Assembly (NCBI GenBank): GCA_964016885.1
Contig: OZ024743.1
Span: forward strand, 37,634,001-37,698,000
From: Eledone cirrhosa
Taxonomy: Eukaryota
Direction: 5' to 3'
Length of the DNA stretch: 64,000 nucleotides
The number at the start of each line of letters is the position of its first letter. Position 1 is the first letter of the stretch. The position numbers and the translations under genes are program-made. Of the stretch, positions 41,361-60,075 are shown piece after piece. The notes beneath the pieces are model-generated. The model saw only the letters and a list, made by a program, of their open reading frames with translations, made no database searches and was not told the DNA's origin.

Positions 41361-41882
41361 CACACATTTGTTGTGAAAGAGTCATTTCTCAATCTTGGCG
41401 CAAAACCAATTTTTTATCCACATGACCTCTACCGACCAATCAAAATTGTTTTGACCATAATTTTTGCTGGAGCCACTTTTCTAACATTTTAACATAAAAA
41501 CAGTCTTGGCGCAAAATCAACTTTTTACATTCACATGACCTCTACCGACCAATCAAAATTGTTTTGACCACAAGCATTTTTGCAACACAAAAATAACGCT
41601 GGAGCCATTTTTTTAACATAAAAACAGGTAGAATTCCCAAAACTAATCAGATCAGAGCAAACAGCACGGACACTCTATCTCAAAATTATTTTTGAAAAGC
41701 ATTTAGAAATGCGCAACCGGTAAAAACTTAAAAACTTAAAACCACAACTGAATACTAACCCATACAATCACTAATACTCTTTTATTCCTAATTAAACCAT
41801 TTTTCAACTGTAAACAATTTGTCAGCATTTTCTATTCCGTTTACCAATATATAATAACTTGTGTGTTACACCTCTATTCTTT

Positions 41883-41936
<54 letters not shown>

Positions 41937-42137
41937 TATAAGATTATCCAGGGTTCAATCGGGGGTACCCACAGTAAGTAAGGTACTCAATATATAGCAG
42001 AGTATAACTGTTTAATATAGAAATGGCTTCTACAGGACTAGAACTGTTTAATCGGGAGAAATCATCAGGAAGCCCTGATGTTTTCTCCCGAATGAAACCG
42101 TTCTACTCCTGTAGAAGCCATTTCTCTCTCTCTGCCC

Positions 42138-42257
<120 letters not shown>

Positions 42258-42271
42258 TCTCATTCTTTCTT

Positions 42272-42295
42272 CTGATGAACGACTAGCGTCCGAAA
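42272..42295 (+). ncRNA. Minimal hammerhead ribozyme core
   Basis: CTGATGA ac gac tagc gtc c GAAAcgtta. Confidence 0.65.
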
Positions 42296-42394
42296 CGTTA
42301 AGACCCTCTTCCTGCTATATCAAGCGTTAAGCTAATATATACCTTCCATATACTGTACCGATTGTGTTGTTATATCTGTTTACCCTTTACACAC

Positions 42395-42562
<168 letters not shown>

Positions 42563-43361
42563 GCAAATAATTAAGGCAGAAACAAAAAAAATTCACAAAG
42601 AAATCAGTACAACGTGAAGACTCAACACCCTCAGTTAAACTGAATATTACAATTCTACTTTATGTACAAAAGAGCAAAACGCTGCTATGAAGAAGTAACT
42701 AGCAATACTCGTAGCAGCTATTGGTCCACCTCCCGGGCCTCTTATTTAGTGAAAACATCATGTTTATTCTATCTGTCACTACGTTGCTCAACAGGGTTAT
42801 AATTATAGCGATTGCTGTAGTCTGTTTCTTAATTAGAAAAATAAATATAATTGCAATGTTTTCACCAATAACACCGAGGTGTGAAACTGCAATTACAAGA
42901 TTAACTAATGATAGTTTCCATTTTAGACGTACTATGTTATGAACAAATTCTTAATTCGTTGTGTCTCGCCCATGAAGCGTTTAATGCACCTAAATGAATA
43001 AATACTGTCCTCAGACGAGATACCTTAATGGTACCAATATTAAGATCAGTAATGGCTTATCTATTATCATTGATGTATTCTCTATAGCTAGACATTTAAA
43101 CAATCACTTCAACATACTGATGAATTAAGTAATTAAAAATCCCAAAAAGAGAGACTTCACGTGAGAGTGTGTTGTGGAAGAAATATTAGTTCTACTCTAT
43201 TCAAATCGCACATTACGGGATTTCGGTGATGTGAGAAAAACCACAGACCCTCCATCTCAACTCTACTTTTGAAAAGAACAAGAACTGCGAAACCGGTAAA
43301 GGAACCAAATAAATATATATATATTTTTTAAAATAAGACTCCAGTTGCATTTTCGATTTCA

Positions 43362-43451
<90 letters not shown>

Positions 43452-43460
43452 TATATATAA

Positions 43461-43497
<37 letters not shown>

Positions 43498-43503
<6 letters not shown>

Positions 43504-44090
43504 TTGGCGCTCTGAAATAGCTATATATATATATATATATATGAATGTATATATAATGTATTTTGCAATACACTGTATGCTTAATTAAAAGCATTTCGAA
43601 GACGTTATGCTATTGTTTTTTCAGCAAACAGGGGAGATAAAGCTATGTTTCGTACTGATTGGTACTTATCAAAGCCAAGTACTCCACCTGTTTGCTGAAA
43701 ATCATGAATGCTTGATTCTTATAGAATTTCTAGTAATAATCAGGAACTGATTATACAAAGCGGTTGCCGGTCAAGCAGAAATTGAAAATTAGAATTGGTC
43801 CTCTGAAATAGATATATATATATATGAATTTATACATAATGTATTTTGTAATACACTGTATGCTTAATTAAAAGCATTTCGAAGACCTTATGCTATTGTT
43901 TTGTGGAGTACTTGGGTTTGATAAGTACCAATCAGTACGAAACATAGCTCAGTCAGCTTTATCTCCCCTGTTCGCTGAAAATTTAAAGTAAGTGAGACTG
44001 TCACTACTCTAAAACAATAGCATAAGGTCTTTGAAATGCTTCTAATTAAGCATAGAGTGCATTGCAAAATACGCTATATATACATTCACA
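43498..44090. repeat. Rearranged direct/inverted pLTR-like repeat
   Basis: 43498-43620 is repeated at 43788-43902; 43620-43687 is inverted at 43903-43980; 43550-43620 is inverted at 44010-44086. Confidence 0.75.
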
Positions 44091-44091
44091 C

Positions 44092-44140
<49 letters not shown>

Positions 44141-44268
44141 TGCTGGTAGGTCGGTTTTCGCTCCTGTTACTTTTATATCTCCACAGTTAATTCATTCGGT
44201 CCTCAATGTTTATCATTGACTGACCAACGGTCCATAAGTATATATATATATATATATATTAGAAAGTG

Positions 44269-44305
<37 letters not shown>

Positions 44306-44307
<2 letters not shown>

Positions 44308-44500
44308 GTGAGAAAAACCACAGATGTGAGAAAAACCACAGATGTGAGAAAAACCACAGATGTGAGAAAAACCACAGACCCTCCATCTCAACTCACCTTT
44401 TGAAAAGCAGAAGAACTGCGAAACCGGTAAAGGAACCAAATAAATATATATATTTAAAAAAAAAAATAAGACTTCAGTTGCATTTTCGATTTCATCTCTT
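44306..44500 (+). repeat. pLTR-like repeat starting with 4 x 18-bp unit atgtgagaaaaaccacag; sister at 43229-43365
   Basis: Direct sequence comparison. Confidence 0.8.
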
Positions 44501-44503
44501 TTT

Positions 44504-44596
<93 letters not shown>

Positions 44597-44688
44597 ATAT
44601 TTATATAGTTACACACGACCTACTGACCAAATAATAGTTGGTATCAATGGGTTAAAGACATCTGTCAAATTAATTAGTGGCGAAGATG

Positions 44689-44785
<97 letters not shown>

Positions 44786-44831
44786 AACATACACACGCAC
44801 ACACACACACACGTACACACATACACACACA

Positions 44832-44883
<52 letters not shown>

Positions 44884-45054
44884 CATATATATATTTTGAG
44901 TATATGTTGGTTGTATACCAACACCTCTGTATGCAGATTGGAGCACTCGACGAGGTGCGCAGGTTGGTTTGGTTACTCCGGAGTAATGTAAAATAAACTA
45001 AAATAAATAAGTCAAATATTTAAAATTTGGCTTCGTCTATTACTGCTATATATA

Positions 45055-45091
45055 TTTCGGTGACAGCCATCTTTGACTGTGACCTCTTCAG
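45055..45091 (-). ncRNA. Hammerhead ribozyme core
   Basis: CTGAAGA ggtcacagtc..ggctgtcacc GAAA. Confidence 0.7.
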
Positions 45092-46248
45092 GCAGTCCGA
45101 ATTAGTGTGGTAGAGACGAGTACATATGTTGTTGAGGTGTTTATCTTTGTCAGTACTCTGATATGCCAGTTCCTGGTTGGGTTGTTATTTCACTGAGGAA
45201 CTGGAATCATATTAATTTAAATAAACGAATTTCAGTGTCAGAGGACATCCTCTCCTCCCATTGGTCAGTTGTGAGAACATTCCTCAGTCAAAAGTCTATA
45301 GAAATTCGTTCTGAGGTGGGGCAATCTGTAGTGGTTCTTCATCTGACCTCTACTCTTATGTTGGTAGTGGTGTTGGTCAGCTAAGGAAAATGATAAAATA
45401 ATAAAAATGATAAAATGGTAGAAGGAATAATATGGTAAGAGAATAAAATAAGATAATCAAACAAAATGTTTGTGTGTTATAACCAATCTCAAAGTTAGAA
45501 ACATTTGTAAGATCCACGCCTCCCATTGGTCAAATGTGAGAGCATTCCTCAGTCAACAGTCTATAGAAATTCTGGGGTGAGACTATCTTTAGTGTTTGTT
45601 TTTGCTATGGTTAAGTCCATCTTGCCTCTACCCTTATGTTGGTAGTGATGTTGGTACTGCGGTCAGCCTAGGTCTTGCTGCTACCATTTCATCATTTCTA
45701 TTATGACATTTCGTTTCATTTATTCCGTTTATCGTTTTCGGTGCGCCCGGCCGATTAACTCACTCGATATGCAAATTAGGCTGTACATGTATATATATGT
45801 ACATGTATGTATATATATATATATACATACTACTGTACGTCTGTATACATATATGTATGTACGCATACATACTTATATTTAAATGACACCCGTACTAAGA
45901 ATGAGAAATGAAATTTCGTCTCATTTTTTTCCGCTCATCGCTTTCGGTGCGCCCGGCCGATTAACTCACTCGATATGCAAATTAGGCTGCTCAGCCGTTA
46001 ATATGCCTAAGGAAAGTATATACTTTCAAATGTTCAATCATGTGGCAGGAAGGTATACGTTGCTGACGATAGCTAATAAGCTTGAAACTAGTACAGCGTT
46101 CCTTTGTCAGTGTTGAACAAATGAGCAACGATGGTTGCTAGACACTGTACGGCTTAATTCGGGATGTTTGTTTACAAACACACCGAGCATTATAATAAAT
46201 GTTCGTTGAATCCATACGTACATATATATATATATATATATATGCATG

Positions 46249-46304
<56 letters not shown>

Positions 46305-46419
46305 CTACTGTACGTATGTATACATATATGTATGTGCGTATACATACTTATATTTAAGTAACAGCCGTACTAAGAGTGAGAAATGAAATTTCGTTTCATT
46401 TTGTCCGTTTACAATATTT

Positions 46420-46601
46420 TATATTGGAAAAGTAGGCTATTTTCTCGCAAATATTTGATTGCACTGTTTTATTTCCACTGATATATTTTAAAAAAAAATG
46501 TTATTTATTCATTATAAAAATTAAATGATAGCATTCTATATGTAGGTGTGCCCCCTTCATCTGGCAACCTGTATTTTTAGACCTAGTCAGCCACTGTATA
46601 T

Positions 46602-46689
<88 letters not shown>

Positions 46690-46790
46690 ATATATATCAT
46701 GTCAATCATTGTATTTTTGAATCTACATGACATGCACAAACTTATATATATAGGAATAAGGTAACCCCAGATAATAGTAGACTCAAATAT

Positions 46791-46832
<42 letters not shown>

Positions 46833-48415
46833 GGGGATTGGGTGAGAAATGTGTTGCAACAGAAATGAGACATGGATTACAGGTTAAAATATAGTCTAGA
46901 TAGATATGAAACAAAACGAGGATGTAGTTTATTGAACAACCAAATGATTTAGAAGTCGACCTTAAGTAGGTGCAATAACATTGAGAAAGAGATGAACGAC
47001 ACCACAACACTTTGATTTGAACATTTTGAAAGTATGTTTATAAGTATGATTTTTCCCAAGATTTTCGTAGTTGTCTCTGAGGCTTAGCGGTAGGTACTAG
47101 ATATGATAGAGATCCTGGCCTTTGGTTCAATCCTGGTTCAGAGGTACATGTAACCTTTTTCAGTTTTTATTTTACAACCAATAGAAGAAAAAAAACAGGA
47201 GAGGTCTACCGGGAACACTACTCCCGAGCAGGATCGAATTTCAGACCAGCAACACCATCGTCAATGATTCTTCCGACCAGGCCACCAAGACAACTACAAT
47301 GTTATAAGGAAAATTGATAATTATATACCTACTTTCAAAATCAAATTGAAAATGAGATGATGTCGTTCATGGCTTTCCTAGAGCTATTATTAATAGGTGA
47401 ATTGGCAGTATCGGACATGCTTTCCAGCATAGTTACGTCCCTTTACGATCTGAGTTCAAATCTCGCCGAGGTTCACTTTGCCTTTCATCCTTACGGGGTC
47501 GATAAAATAAAGTACCAGTAATGTACTGGAAAATTGCTGGCCTTGTGCCAAAAGTAGAAACAATTATCAATATTTATAGTCGGTGGATTGGCGGAATTCG
47601 TAGAGGGTTGGACATGATTTCCAGCATAGTTACGTCCCTTTACGATCTGAGTTCAAATCCCGCCGAGGTTCACTTTGCCTTTCATCCTTACGGGGTCTAT
47701 AAAATAAAGTACCAGTAATGTACTGGGAAATTGCTGGCCTTGTGCCAAAAGTAGAAACAATTATCAATATTTATAGTCGGTGGATTGGCGGAATTCGTAG
47801 AGGGTTGGACATGATTTCCAGCATAGTTACGTCCCTTTACGATCTGAATTCAAATCCCGCCAAGGTTAACTTTGCCTTTCATCCTTACAAGGTCGATAAA
47901 ATAAAGTACCAGTAATGTACTGCGTAATTGCTGGCCTTGTGCAAAAGTAGAAACAATTATTAGTATTTAAGGTCGACTTGTCAAACTTCTGGCCCTTTGG
48001 TAACAGACTTATTATTGCTATATGTATTTAACTGTTGAATCAATTTAATTTGATTATTTTAGCAAACAAATACCACAAAATTGTCTTTTTAAGACTATAT
48101 AGAGCATTTGTAGTTTTTCCAAAATGAAGGATGAGTATTTAAGCTTTATTTTATTCTGAGTTAAGACTCTATTGGTTTTTTCCCTGGATTTCACAAAATC
48201 TGTGGATGAAATCTCTGTCTTGATTTTTTTAAAATTGAGTTTGAATTATTTTCCCATATCTTACGTTAATTATTTTCAATTTTTGACGTTATAGTCACTT
48301 ATATATTATGAAATACTTTTGGCTTCTTGCTCACAATAATTTCTATATTTTCATTTATATATACATATATATGTTTTTGCCTGTCAGATTCAAACTTACA
48401 ATGATTGGCATTATA

Positions 48416-48455
<40 letters not shown>

Positions 48456-48456
48456 A

Positions 48457-48540
<84 letters not shown>

Positions 48541-49385
48541 GTGTGTACATATATATAATACCAATCATTGCAACTTTCAATCTAACATACAAAAACATAT
48601 ATATATATATAGATATGAATAAAGTAACCCCGAATCATAGTAGATTTAGAAATCGACCTTAAGGAGGTGTAATATCAATAAGAAAGACATGAACGACACC
48701 ACAACACGTTGTCTTGAAAATTTTGAAAGTAGGTTTATAAGTATGAATTTTCATAAGGTCTTCGTAGTTGTCTCGGTGGCCTTGCGGTAGGTACTAGAGA
48801 CGGTGGAGATCCTGGCCTTGGGTTCAATCCTGGTCAAGAGGTACACATAACTTTTTTCAGTTTTTATTTTACAATCACTTAAAAAAAATGAAAATATTTA
48901 CCGGGTACACTACTCCCGACCCGGATCGAACTTTAGACCAGCATCACCACCGTCTATAATTCCTCCGACTAGGCCACCGAGACAACTGCTAAATGATAAG
49001 GAAAATTGATAATTATAAACCTACTTTCAAAATCAAAGTTAAAATGATGTGATGCCGTCCACGGCTTTCCAAGAGCTATTATTAATATTTAGGGTCGACT
49101 TCTGGCCATTATTGAAAGTCTCGGGATTTCGCAAAATACGTAATATCTCTTATTGGAGAAGGTAAGATATTTTACCGCAGAAGTTTGATTGCACTGTTTT
49201 GTTTCCACTTATGTATTTTTCGAAAATGTTATCTATTCATTAAAGTACCAGTAATGCACTGGGTAGGTTGCTGGCCTTGTGCCAATAGTAGAAACAATTA
49301 TTGAAATTAAATGATAGCATTCTATATGTAGGTGGGCCCCTTTCCTCTCATGGCTACCAATATCTTTAGACCCAGTCTGCCACCT
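46420..49385 (+). repeat. Old duplicated unit (A-B-C ... B'-C'-A') containing a tRNA-like fold-back
   Basis: 46695-47392 resembles 48555-49085; 46420-46595 resembles 49150-49385. Confidence 0.75.
47394..47962 (+). mobile_element. Tandem trimer of SINEs (197-bp period)
   Basis: Three head-to-tail near-identical units; units 2 and 3 share the spacer caatatttatagtc. Confidence 0.88.
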
Positions 49386-49442
49386 CCACCCCACCATCTC
49401 TCTCTCTCTCTCTCTCTCCCCTCCATCTCTCTCTCTCCCCCC

Positions 49443-49475
<33 letters not shown>

Positions 49476-49896
49476 AATTAAATGATGTGATATAAACTAA
49501 TCTTACTGGATTCCTGTTGATAAGCACAGAAGATTTGGGTATCTCACTCTTTTATTTCTATTCCATTTCGATTCTCTTTATTTTTCAATTCACATTCCAC
49601 CGTTGCCAAACTTATTTGGGTTTCGAGGTTCAAATTCGTCTACAGAACAGGTTTGAATTTTGAAATTTAAATATGTCCAGGAATCATGGCAGTTGCCAAT
49701 ATAATATTGTCTTTATTGACTTATATCGAGACAGACAAATTGTATTCACTTTTATTAGTTTATTTCATTAATAGCTAACCTTGTCTGTTGCAATGTAAAC
49801 ACATTTCGTGTTTATCGTACACTATTGACTGCTCGGAAGAGCCCCTTCCTGGAGCTTAATTATTGTAAACGACTGAGAGTTTATTCTCAAAATATA

Positions 49897-49997
<101 letters not shown>

Positions 49998-49999
49998 AT

Positions 50000-53589
<3,590 letters not shown>

Positions 53590-53760
53590 ATATGGAAATG
53601 TTTAACCCCGACGGCAGAGCTCAGAATCCAGAAATAGCTGTCGAAACGGATTGAGCTATGCCGTAGGGGTTAAACTATTTCCTATTGCCCACTCTACTAC
53701 CCTAAGCATTGAGTACTCTGGTGCGTTATGGTCCATCTGGTTCCTTACCACACCTCCTTC

Positions 53761-53833
<73 letters not shown>

Positions 53834-55323
53834 GTGTGTGTGAGAGTATTTATAAACAGATTGACTCAGAATTGCATTACTTAACTTTTCCGAGGAATCA
53901 CAAAATACACTCCTGACCTTTTACATGCTATTTTTTTAAAAAGTCTCACAGAGTGAAAGCCTGAGAATCAGAGAAACAGATAAATAGATAGAAAGATAGA
54001 TAGATGAATTCAGTGATTGAATGTTTATAGATTAATTAATTCATTAATTGAGTGATTGCCGCTATAGTGTCGTTTATTATATATTATTTTCTATTGAGGA
54101 AAATCTAAACAATATAAAAACAAAGAAAAGGGACATATGTTTCAGCTCTGATGTGGCAGTGACAATTAGCTTCGTTGTTTAACACTCCAATATTCAAAAC
54201 CTTTCATAGAGAAACAGATGATGTTATCATACACAATTTTCTTTACAATGTACCGTAAGGCATTGCTTAATTAACAATAATTTTCATATCAATAGATATA
54301 TTTTGCACGTGCATGAGGGTGGTTGCTTTTCATTTCTTTATTCTCATTGTTTTCCTGTTATATTAATGTACTCTTGCTTAGGAGGCATCTACACAAAATA
54401 TAGAATTCATGTTCTCCTATTTAGGTGCAATAAATGCACAATTTACTTTTCAACCGTGACAAAAGAAAACATTAAACAAAATGTATTTATACCTGTGTTT
54501 CTTCTCCATCTCTCATTAGTTGCTCATTAAATATCATTCATTGAGATTGATTGAAAGAAATCAGCAAGAAACCAAAACTTGAATTGTTGGTTCAGATATG
54601 TGTTTTATAGTTATTTCTTTAATTTCGTTTATTATACTTGTTTCTTTTTTGTTCCGTAGTTGGTATCACTAATAGTAAAAGCAAAACAGATATTAAATTA
54701 CTATAAATGTCATTTTTTTATTCATATTATCAACGTTGTTATTATTTGTATTGTTGTTATTGATTATCATGTTTTTTTTATTATTATTATCTCTATTGGA
54801 TTTGCTGTGGTACGACGTATTCCCATGCAGATAATATATGAATTGTTATATCTGTCATAGTTATTATGTCTGCTATAATCTGTTATACCTCTCTTATTTA
54901 TTGTATCTTATTACAACCTGTTATATTTGTTATAAATGCTATTATATATAAAAGACATTATATCTTTAATAATCTGTTATAACTCAATTCCAACATGAAC
55001 CATTAGAACTGAAAGACAGCAAACCTATGACGTCGACGACCATATACTGACTCATAATTTATGTCAGCAATAAGTGTTGTCTTCTGCCATTTTAATGAAA
55101 CTCATTCTTCCATCATACCTCACCGTCAAAGCAGGATATGAATGTCTCATATTTAGGGCTGATATGGGAAACGAAATAGAAGATGAATATCAAATCCACC
55201 TTCTTTATGATTTCGTTGAGTTATAGCTAAACAATTCAAATTTTAATATTAAGACGTAATGAAAGAAATTTGCTTCGAAATGGTTTCTAGTTCTAAATGT
55301 CTGTGTTTGTTTGTTTGTTTGTT

Positions 55324-55357
<34 letters not shown>

Positions 55358-58300
55358 GCAATATTCGTGATGTGGAATAGTGTGTTGAAACATATATTTA
55401 TATGTTTGGGGATTGTCATGTTATCAATATTGGCAATTTAACATACACGCCCTACTTGATTATCACTTCAGCTTTGTTATTAATTAATTTATTAGTTAGT
55501 TCCTCAAAGTTCATTCGTCACACATTCTGTGACATCAATAATTATTTGTGTGTGTTTGTATATTTCCTTCTTTGTGTCTGACAACTGGAGACATAATATG
55601 ACACGTAAGAAAGAAAACAAAAGACATTAGAAGACACAGAAATATACAAATCCCACACGTACAAACATACATATACAGGAACACACATAAACATGCCAAA
55701 AGCAAAGACAGACAAACACAGACGCAGACGCAGATCCACCGTCAGACGTACGCTCAGACGCAAAAGCATTAGCAGACAGTGAAACATACCACATAGAGAC
55801 AAGATGGAGTAAACAAAATAAGACCCGGAAGAAGACGCAGAGGAAAATAAATAGTCATTGAGATGGTCACATAATGTGTGATGAAATAACCTTGAAAAAC
55901 TAATTAAAAACTAAACAAATAATAAAGCTGAAATGAAATTCAAATAGTGCGAGTGATCTTTTATTTGGAATAATGGTAACATGTCTATCGTAAAATATAA
56001 CAATATATATATAATATATATTCCATAGCTTTGAGTATAACCATTGAATGCGAGGCTCCAACATGTCTATGGTAAAAGACTCATGCTCAAATTGACATGC
56101 TGCGTGACCGAACCCGAAACCTCTTGATTAAGAGACAGTTCATATCATAAACAAATGTTATACGTTTCCAGTTAGCATTTAGAATTCTTTCGAATTGTAT
56201 TTTTAATGAGAAAATGTCATTGCAATTTCCCTTAATATAATATAATTGAAAATCGAACAATAACTGATGTTTTCTGGTTAAATGTAATTATGCGAGAGAC
56301 CCAGTTTGTTAATTCAACATTATTTGCATATATATATACAGATAAAACATAATTCTTCACATGAAACATTCTCAATCATGCTATTCCCACTTGTAAATAA
56401 TTATGTTTCATCATCCCAGAGGATTCCTTTATTGTGTCATACCCAATGCCACAAATTGGCAGGGTCATTAGTTCGTCGGATTTAATGCTTTTACCTGTGT
56501 TAGGTGTGCCTTTATGTACTCCGTGTTTAATTCCCTTCGCGTTGAAATTTACCTTTCTTCCGTTCGTGGTCGATAAATAAAATAATAGTCGATGGGGCAT
56601 TGGGTTGTGCGGCAATACTAGAGTGTCGTTACAAAAAAGAGTAGCATGTTGGTCGACGTTGGATCAATTCTGCCAATATGTCATCCTTCAATGATAAATA
56701 ATTCTCTCTAACATTAGTTTAATGCCACCAATTGCTGGAAATGGAAAAGTCGATTATATTGACTTCAGTAATTGATTATTACTTTATTTGTGAACTCTGC
56801 AAGAATGAAATGCAACATTGACCTCTACGAGATTTGAACTCAGAAGCCAAAATACCCCGTAACACTTTGTTCGATGATGTAATGATCACGCCAACGTCCT
56901 ATGTTTCATGTGCGACTTTACATATATAGCATGCTCAGTACGTAGTTTCTGTAAAGTATCTTTCTCTAATTTAAGAATTCTATAATCTTTAAATTCTTAT
57001 ATTCTAATCTGTCGCTGTGTCTATATTTTCTTCATTAATATGGATTATTTAGAATATATGAATTTCATGCAGCGTTTTGGTCTCATGCCTTTATTCTCTG
57101 AATTTATTCAGGAAGGAACAGAAACTTCCGTATTTACCAGCATGAGATTATTTTCTTTAAAATAATGACTACGGTTGATCGTTCCGAAGTAATATTGCTC
57201 ATTAACCAAGATATATTTGAAGTCATGGAGAACCGATATAACCATAATTGATTTACATCATATAGACTTTAATGCAGAATAGATATCTATCAATGCCTAG
57301 GCTAGGAGCCAATCATCACTCTCAATATTGTGTTCGTTTGAAGAAGTACCATCAACTATAACATAAAGGATACCCCAGGGTGTATTTGAAGTTAGTGAAA
57401 GGGTTACGAGCAAAAGGTTCGTTTATATAATGAATGATATTTCTGAATATCTTACTGTTAACACGATTCTTGCCACCCAGTAAGTGCTTCGTATCAATTA
57501 TACTACAATTCTTGTCATGTAATAACTAGAATATATTATACTATATAACTACAGTGTCAGGAATATGAAGGTAACATCGCATTAAATGAGATAGAATATT
57601 CAGAACTCTCAATATACGAAATCAGATGTAGAAGAATAGCTCAATATTTCAAATATTTAGCAACTAATTAGCATATATTCATTCAAAGACAAATCCAAGT
57701 CCATGGCACACTGATCCAGTGTTCCCTCTTTCTAACTTTTCTACACCTAGTATAATGGTTTCTCTTCGAAGCTGGCTTGTTTTGTACAATATGTACCCAG
57801 GCAGTCTCAAATTACTCGTATCACCACCAGTCCTTATCCATGTCATGTCCAATATTTTAATTTCGCCCTGGCTTTCCTGCTCAAATATGTGAACATCCTG
57901 GAATTCACCGTTTCATGGCACTCTTACGAGTGTAGACATTATTAGAGAAATATCAAAGGCATCAATCTCCCCGACAACGAGGGCATGTGAAGACTGTGTG
58001 TTATACCTTTTTCCTTTGGTTTGTTAAGTGAAAATTAAAAAAAAAACATTTATTTATTTTCTGATTTCAATCAACGAAGTGAGGCTATGCTGGGGCATCA
58101 TATATATTGGTTTACTCAGCCATATCAATCTCAGTACTTATCAAGCCTTCTAATTATTTGGGCGATATTTATTTGTTGAAGTACCACGTTATGATATATT
58201 TAGGGACACAATTTTATAGCAGAGTGAATATAAAAGTGATAGGCATATGCACTCGCGTGTAATTAGAGTAACGCGAAATATGAGTAGATAGTACTCTTGG

Positions 58301-58719
58301 GAATTAAAGTGAATTCAATCTACACATGGCTTAACACGTTAGTAAATCTGGACATGTTTCTATTTCATTTGACATTCTCATTGAAGCATAGCCTAAAGAA
58401 ATATCACCAAATCTACTGATAACAAATCGCTATATAGATGTACCATAAATTTACTCAGGTTTGAATGATCAATTTTCATTCTAATATAAATTAAAGCATT
58501 TCAGTCATTGGCACCATCGCACGGTGACAAATACACGCAAAATACCAGTGAAAAATATGTGCTCATAAGAAACATTGGCATTAGACCTGTAATTCCTAAG
58601 GGAATCGTAGGAGTGCCATAATGAAACACCGTGTTTCGTAGGGTATTTCAAAACGTGGTTTAGCTCATACCCTCAGCAGCTCTTACAGCAGAATTCTTCT
58701 ACTAGAAAGATAGAGTGTG

Positions 58720-58910
58720 AGTGACAAGAAGTGAGAAAGAAATATAGAAGAAGTATCGACCCAAGTCTTGAACGCATACATTTTATCGACCACGTATTGA
58801 GGAAAGGTAAAATTATCCACGGTAGTAGTTGAACTAAGAGAGCAAAGGACGAGAACGAATACCACAAAGCACTCTATCCGATGTTCTAACGATTCTGTCC
58901 ATTATTGGCC
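58720..58910 (-). mobile_element. Old diverged SINE (similar remnants at ~29555-29640 and 56450-56900)
   Basis: ttttatcgaccac..ggaaaggtaaa resembles the reverse-complement SINE body. Confidence 0.5.
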
Positions 58911-59366
58911 TATATGTGACATTACGAGCTTTAAATTAAAAATATCTACATTTGTCAATGACTGCAAATGATGAGCTTTCGGTGATCATCAATAAATGAT
59001 AGATTTCTCTGCAAAATCCTTGACATTATACATTCATATATGAAAACGCAACAGTTGCTGCATATAATTTCCATTAATTACTATATAAGTGTCATTTGTT
59101 ATCCTCTTAAACCTTTACATGGAACAGTCATTCACCTATTGCAGAACGCAACAAGAGCATTACGATACATTATTTTAAATTAAGAGTTATTTCCTGCCAT
59201 TATAAATATAAATCTTATTCCTCTCGGCGAGAAAACAGCAAATATATTATAAAATGCCTTCATCACATGGAACTGTTTTAGAATTTACTTTTCAGTCGCC
59301 CCTAGCTTTAAAATACGTATTTGATAATCTATATACTAACTTACCGAAAAGCTACAGTTTATATTA

Positions 59367-59508
59367 CCGTATTTCCCGGCGCCGAAGACGTTTCGTACTC
59401 GAGGACGCACCCTAATTTTGACAACCATAAATTTGAAAAGAAATAATAAACAACCCTCGGTCTCCAGGACGCATATTAGTTCTTTGAGAGTCATTTTAGA
59501 AAATACGG
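59367..59508. mobile_element. Tc1/mariner-pogo-type MITE
   Basis: TA|ccgtattt ... aaatacgg|TA terminal inverted repeats with TA duplication. Confidence 0.65.
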
Positions 59509-59599
59509 TATGTTAGAATATTATGAAGTAGTTGCGAATTAAATATTGTATTGGGAAAACCTCGATCAAGAGAGTATATCCAAGTAAATATCACATAAC

Positions 59600-60075
59600 C
59601 CTCCATATAGGATTGTGTAAAACCTAAAGCAACAATCAAGTGAGATATGTCAAAGACAATGCAAACAAATTAGACCCGTACACAAGTACAACGGGCGATA
59701 TAAAAAGGTCAAAGAAATAGGTAACACACCAGAGCAAAAAAAATAGAAGGCTGGAGAAAAATAAGCAACATCAAATCTGGTTACGAAACACTTAAAACGC
59801 TAACAAAAGCAAGGGAACACACCGCCCATGTCATTGAGAAAATAACAGGCTTGGTATTTACAGATGAAACTGATATAATCAAAAGATGGTTTGAATATTT
59901 AGAAGACATTTATAATCACAAATTCAGGCAGGACACTAGTATTCGCGATAATTCCACCCTCAAGAACAGAGTAATTATTGATACTATATTTCTTTAGGAG
60001 GACGTCGAAGCGGCAGTGCGCTTGATCAATCAATGATTGAAAGTCCTCAGGAGGGGATAAGCTTTCATCAGAGTT
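59600..60075 (+). mobile_element. RTE-like LINE internal fragment
   Basis: YETLKTLTK..VIEK..FTDETDIIKRWFEYLEDIYNH, typical of the region between EN and RT. Confidence 0.6.

Larger units (their letters stand above)
36501..41887 (+). mobile_element. Penelope-like retroelement (Neptune-like), near-intact, with inverted 5' copy of the 3' pLTR
   Basis: Contains an RT + GIY-YIG ORF. 36501-37085 is the reverse complement of 41284-41853; I found one substitution plus (CA)n length differences. Both ends abut (TA)n. Confidence 0.92.

Noticed and set aside
36501-41853. DNA transposon (long TIRs with TA flanks)
   Set aside because: The interior encodes PLE RT/GIY-YIG and no transposase. The right arm extends further than the left, as expected for an inverted pLTR.
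44306-44378. CRISPR-like repeats (also the 197-bp array at 47394)
   Set aside because: No unique spacers, no cas genes, and the context is eukaryotic.
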